From NCBI GenBank assembly GCA_963724775.1, contig CAVRWB010000005.1, positions 42,357 through 106,356 of the forward strand: 64,000 bases of DNA, read 5' to 3'. Of this stretch, positions 60,397 through 64,000 are shown in pieces. Under the pieces are notes generated by a model. The model was given only the letters and a program-made list of their open reading frames with translations, was not told the DNA's origin and did not search any database. Positions within the stretch are counted from its first letter, which is position 1, and each line of letters opens with the position of its first letter. The position numbers and the translations under genes are program-made. The DNA comes from an uncultured Acidobacteriota bacterium (GTDB lineage: Bacteria; Acidobacteriota; Vicinamibacteria; Vicinamibacterales; Fen-181).

Positions 60397-62695
60397 CTAC
60401 TTCTTCTCCTCACCCGCCGTGGTTGCCGGCTTGGCCTTGGCGTCTTCCAGCGTGTCGAGCACGGAGCGCCAGGCGAACTTCTTCCCCTGGCCGCGGACGT
60501 AGTAATCCATCCAGGCCATCTCCGCCATGCTCTTCACGAACTGGTTGCGCGCGTCGGGAATGCCGTGGCTCTGCCCCGGGTACATGAACAGTTCCGTCGG
60601 CACGCCGAGGCGCTTGAGCGCCATGTGCAGTTCGACCGACTGCGGGCTCGGCACGCGCGGGTCGCCTTCGACGACGTGGATCATCGTCGGCGTCTTGGCG
60701 TTCTTGATGTACTTGAGCGGCGACTGCACCCAGTAGGCGTCGAAGTCGTCGTACGGCAGCTTGTCGCCCAGGTAGAACTGGCGGTTGCGCTGCACGTCGC
60801 TCTGGGCGTACATCGAGATCCAGTTGGACGTGCCGGCGCCGGAGCTGATCGCCTTGAAGCGGTCGGTGTGCGTCAGGATCCAGTTGGACCAGTGCCCGCC
60901 CGCGCTCCAGCCGAGCGCGCCCATGCGCGCGCCGTCCACCAGGCCCTGCGCGATGAGGGCGTCCACGCCCGTCATGATGTCGTCGAAGCCGGGCGCGAAG
61001 TAGTTGCCGACGATGCCGTTCTTGAAGGCTTCACCGTAGTTGGTGGAGCCGCGGTAGTTCGGTTGCAGGACGACGTAGCCGGCGCCCGCATACACCTGCG
61101 CGCCATAGCCGCCGTTGAAGCGGAGGACGTCAGCGGCAGCGGGGCCGCCGTGGATTGCGACGATCAGCGGGTAGCGCTCGCCGGGCTGGTAACCGACCGG
61201 CTTGACGAGGACGCCGCCGACCGTCTTGCCGTCCTTCGACTTCCAGGTGAACTCCTCCTGCTCGCCGAGCGCGAAGCCCCGCACCTGCGGGGTTCGCGTC
61301 GGTCAGCGCGATCCAGCTCGCGCGGGTCGCCAGCGCCTGCATCGACGGCGCGGTGAACGTGGTCGGCGGGGTCGCCCCGTCGGAATAGTCGATGAGGATC
61401 ACGCCCGTGTCCTCGTCCTGCGTCACGGTCAGCGCGGCCTTCTCGTTGGTCAACTGGCGGACGGCCTCTTTCGGCACGTCGAGCGCGAACAGTTGCGTGG
61501 TCGCCCGGATGCCATCGTTGAAGTAGATCGTGTGGCCGTCCTTCGACCAGAAGTCGGCGGTGACGTCGCCGTCGTAGCCGGCCCCCAGCTTGCGCCACTT
61601 GCCGCCCTTCTCGGCGACCGGGCGCAGGTAGAGGCGCTGGTTCTTCATCGTGTACTTCTCGAGCTCGTCCGGGGCGGATACGGCAACCAGGCGGCTGTCG
61701 GGCGAGAAGGTCGGCGCGCTCTCGCCGACCTCGACGTTGTTCGTCAGGCGCTCGACCTCGCCGGTCGTCGCGTTCAGCAGGAACGGGTCGCTGTTGATGT
61801 TCTGTTCGGTGATGTTGCGCTTGTATCGGTCGGCCGACACGCCACGGAAGCCCACCCACTTGCTGTCGGCGGAGATGGTGACATCGGCAACGGCGATCGT
61901 GGAGTCCTTGGTGAGCTGCGTCACCTTGCGCGGTTGGATGTCGACCGCCCACAGGCTCGCGAGCGGGGTCTCCGCGTTGCGGATATCGACGGTGAACTTC
62001 TTCTCCCGCCGCGCCTTCTCGTCCGGGTCGGGGGTCTCCGGGCCAGTGAAGTAGATCCGCTTGCCGTCGGGCGCCCACTTCCACGCGCCGACGCCCGCGG
62101 CCTGCTTCGTCAGCGCCTCCGGCACGGCGAGGTCGATACCGTCCACCGGCAGGCGGTACAGCTGCTCCTCACCCGCCTTGCCGCTGCGGTAGACGAGCCA
62201 CTTGCCGTCCTTGCTGAGGGCGAACGTCGTCACCCCTTCCTTCGCGTCGGTGATCTTGCGCGCCTCGCCGCCATCGACGCGCATGAGGTATAGCTGGTTC
62301 TGTGTCGCGGCGGAGGACGGCGCCTCGCGGTTCGACGCGAAGATGAAGGACGCGCTGTCCTTCAGCCACCGAGGCTCGGTTTCGTTCTTGTCCTTGGTGA
62401 ACGTCATCTGCCGCGTGGAAGGCACACCCTTCTCGATCGAGACGAGGTAGACGTCGGTCTGCGCCTTCGCTTCCTTCCAGTCCGGCGTGCTGACGGTGTA
62501 GAGCAGCAACTTCCCGTCCGGGCTGGGCGCAGGCGAGCCGGCCTGCCGCATCTTCTGGACGTCGAGAAACGTCATCGGTCGCTTGGCCGCTGCGGGGGCG
62601 GTCTGCGCAAGGACGCCCGGAACGAAGAGCGCCACGAAGAGCACGAGCACGGCGAATGGACACCGGCCGCGGGCCATCACACGGAGACGCGCCAT
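60397..62695 (-). CDS. S9 prolyl oligopeptidase-family serine peptidase (beta-propeller plus alpha/beta hydrolase), with a 1-nt frameshift at the G-run 61289..61292
   Basis: The propeller part (62695..about 61293) ends ...ASWIALTDANP. The catalytic part (61284..60397) reads (Q)VRGFALGEQEEFTWKSKDGKTVGG...IHGGP...GWSAGGHW...VEGDPRVP...GQSHG. Deleting one base from the run restores NPQVRGF. Confidence 0.8.
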
Positions 62696-62892
62696 AAGAA
62701 CCTCGTCTGGACAGTTGGAGTGAGCGAGTTTCGATGAAGATTCATTCCTGCCGGGCGTAGTCTAGCGCGTCTCCGAGCATTCGTGACGCTTGCGTTACTG
62801 GAGGTGCGGCAATGGGGCGGCGGGTGCGCGTCCTGTAACCAATCGCCTTGCCTCGTTGGGTGAGCCGGTTCCAGGGAGCTTCGCAACGCGGC

Positions 62893-62980
62893 TCACTCGA
62901 CCTTCAGAGCCTGGGCCGGGTCGACCCGCGACGCCCGTCGGGCCGGAAGCCAAGCCGCGACCAGAAGGAACCCAGAGGTG
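62893..62980 (-). pseudogene. Short 3' remnant of an ADOP/FtsX permease gene
   Basis: The minus-strand translation ends ...TSGFLLVAAWLPARRASRVDPAQALKVE-stop, the signature C-terminus of the permease paralogs. An in-frame stop lies about 45 codons upstream, and no permease body is present. Confidence 0.5.
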
Positions 62981-63059
62981 CGACTGCGGCGGATGGTCTG
63001 CCGTGTGTCAGTCGAAAAGTGAGCGGGGCCACGAAGGAGTCAACTCTCACCAAGGCGGT

Positions 63060-63431
63060 TTATCGCGTCGGTCGTTGTGCCTGGAAATCCCGAAGCTCGC
63101 GCAAAACTTCCTCGTGTGCTTTTCGTTCGGCACGCCGACGACGGGCGGTAGATACGGCGTGCGCGGCACGGGACATCAGTTCACCGACTGGAAAGAGGAC
63201 GTTGACCATCTGGCCGTTCGTGTCTGGGGGAACGAATGTCAGAATCCCGAGTGGTGTGGCGCCCGGAGCAACCCACGGAGGGACGGCGGGGATCAAGATC
63301 GACGGCTGTTGTGGCTTTTGTAGAGCCACCCGCAACGATTCAACGGATATGCGCGGATCGGACTGCTGCGCTCCCGCAGAAGCCGCCAGAGAAAATGCAA
63401 GGATGAACGAGCCGCCGACAGCTATTCGCAT
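63060..63431 (-). CDS. Hypothetical secreted protein in a lower-GC patch
   Basis: MRIAVGGSFILAFSLAASAGAQQ is a signal peptide. The 123-aa product shows visibly weaker G/C third-position bias than its neighbours. Confidence 0.45.
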   Translation of the reverse strand: MRIAVGGSFILAFSLAASAGAQQSDPRISVESLRVALQKPQQPSILIPAVPPWVAPGATPLGILTFVPPDTNGQMVNVLFPVGELMSRAAHAVSTARRRRAERKAHEEVLRELRDFQAQRPTR

Positions 63432-63717
63432 TCGGTCTCTTCTTCCCTGATTCTACGTAAGACGTCCACGCCCGGGAAAAGGACGGAATGAACCGTCGCT
63501 GTAGCAGCCCCCTGTCTGTTGCTGCACAAGGCTGAAGCCTTGTGCCGACCGCTGATACGCGGCTGGCTACCTCTGAGCCCTGCTCCTATCAGTGACAGTG
63601 TGCCAAGAGTCCTCGGTCGGCGCGAGGCTTTAGCCTTGCTCTACGGGATGCCGGGGGACCGTCGAGCGTTTCAGGAAGAGCAGGCCGGCCACGTGCACCG
63701 ATGGCCCCGCAGCGCCC

Positions 63718-64000
63718 TCAGAACGCCGGCGGCACCCGCTTCTTCGTCGCCTGTTCGAAGGCGAAGGCCAGCTCGATCAGCCTCGGCTCGCTGCAGGCAC
63801 CTGCCGTGAAGCTCACGCCGAACGGCGATGGCTTCGGGCCGAATCCCTCGGGGTAGGCTGATTCGCCCCGGCCGCCCGCCCCCGTCACCGGCGTTGACGC
63901 GCCGCCGCGGCCCGCCGGCCCCGCGCCGGCTTCGACGAACCCGAACGGCACGATCACAGTCGGGTAGCCCGGCTTGGCCGCAATCGAGGCCCCGCTCGCT
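63718..64000 (-). CDS. Amidase-family protein, C-terminal part; 5' end outside the window
   Basis: The minus-strand reading to the window edge gives ...ASGASIAAKPGYPTVIVPFGFVEAG...PFGVSFTAGACSEPRLIELAFAFEQATKKR, an amidase-signature-family C-terminus. Confidence 0.65.
   Translation of the reverse strand, partial: ASGASIAAKPGYPTVIVPFGFVEAGAGPAGRGGASTPVTGAGGRGESAYPEGFGPKPSPFGVSFTAGACSEPRLIELAFAFEQATKKRVPPAF

Overview
High-GC (about two-thirds G+C by eye) bacterial chromosomal window, most likely Acidobacteriota: it holds five full-length ADOP-type orphan MacB/FtsX permeases, one with a PadR partner, plus many secreted peptidases and hydrolases. I support about 50 protein genes and found no rRNA, tRNA or CRISPR array. 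Main content: (1) a signalling block with a roughly 2070-aa cytoplasmic poly-HAMP/GAF hybrid histidine kinase (11 near-identical 276-bp units) followed by a REC-PAS-HK-REC hybrid kinase; (2) a PDO-type double-thioredoxin gene with an in-frame TGA exactly at the first Cys of its CPHC motif and a hairpin 11 nt downstream, a candidate selenoprotein; (3) an archaeal/eukaryotic-type XPG-family FEN1 flap endonuclease in a bacterial context; (4) a four-gene membrane protein/ArsR-like regulator/ABC transporter operon with a near-consensus promoter; (5) peptidase genes (tricorn-like S41, S9, CocE/NonD, DUF885, amidohydrolase). The non-coding DNA is unusual. Many intergenic regions carry locus-specific 7-8 nt tandem repeats arranged as long imperfect hairpins. 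One 229-bp element has terminal inverted repeats and a putative target-site duplication (MITE-like). A structured element of about 135 nt occurs 2-3 times. A REP-like palindrome follows several stop codons and also sits inside a hydrolase gene. Five otherwise intact conserved genes each carry a single-base frameshift, four of them at a G/C run or doublet. This looks more like indel errors in the assembly than gene decay, and it tempers every pseudogene or selenoprotein call. All calls rest on reading the sequence and translations by eye; no database search was run.
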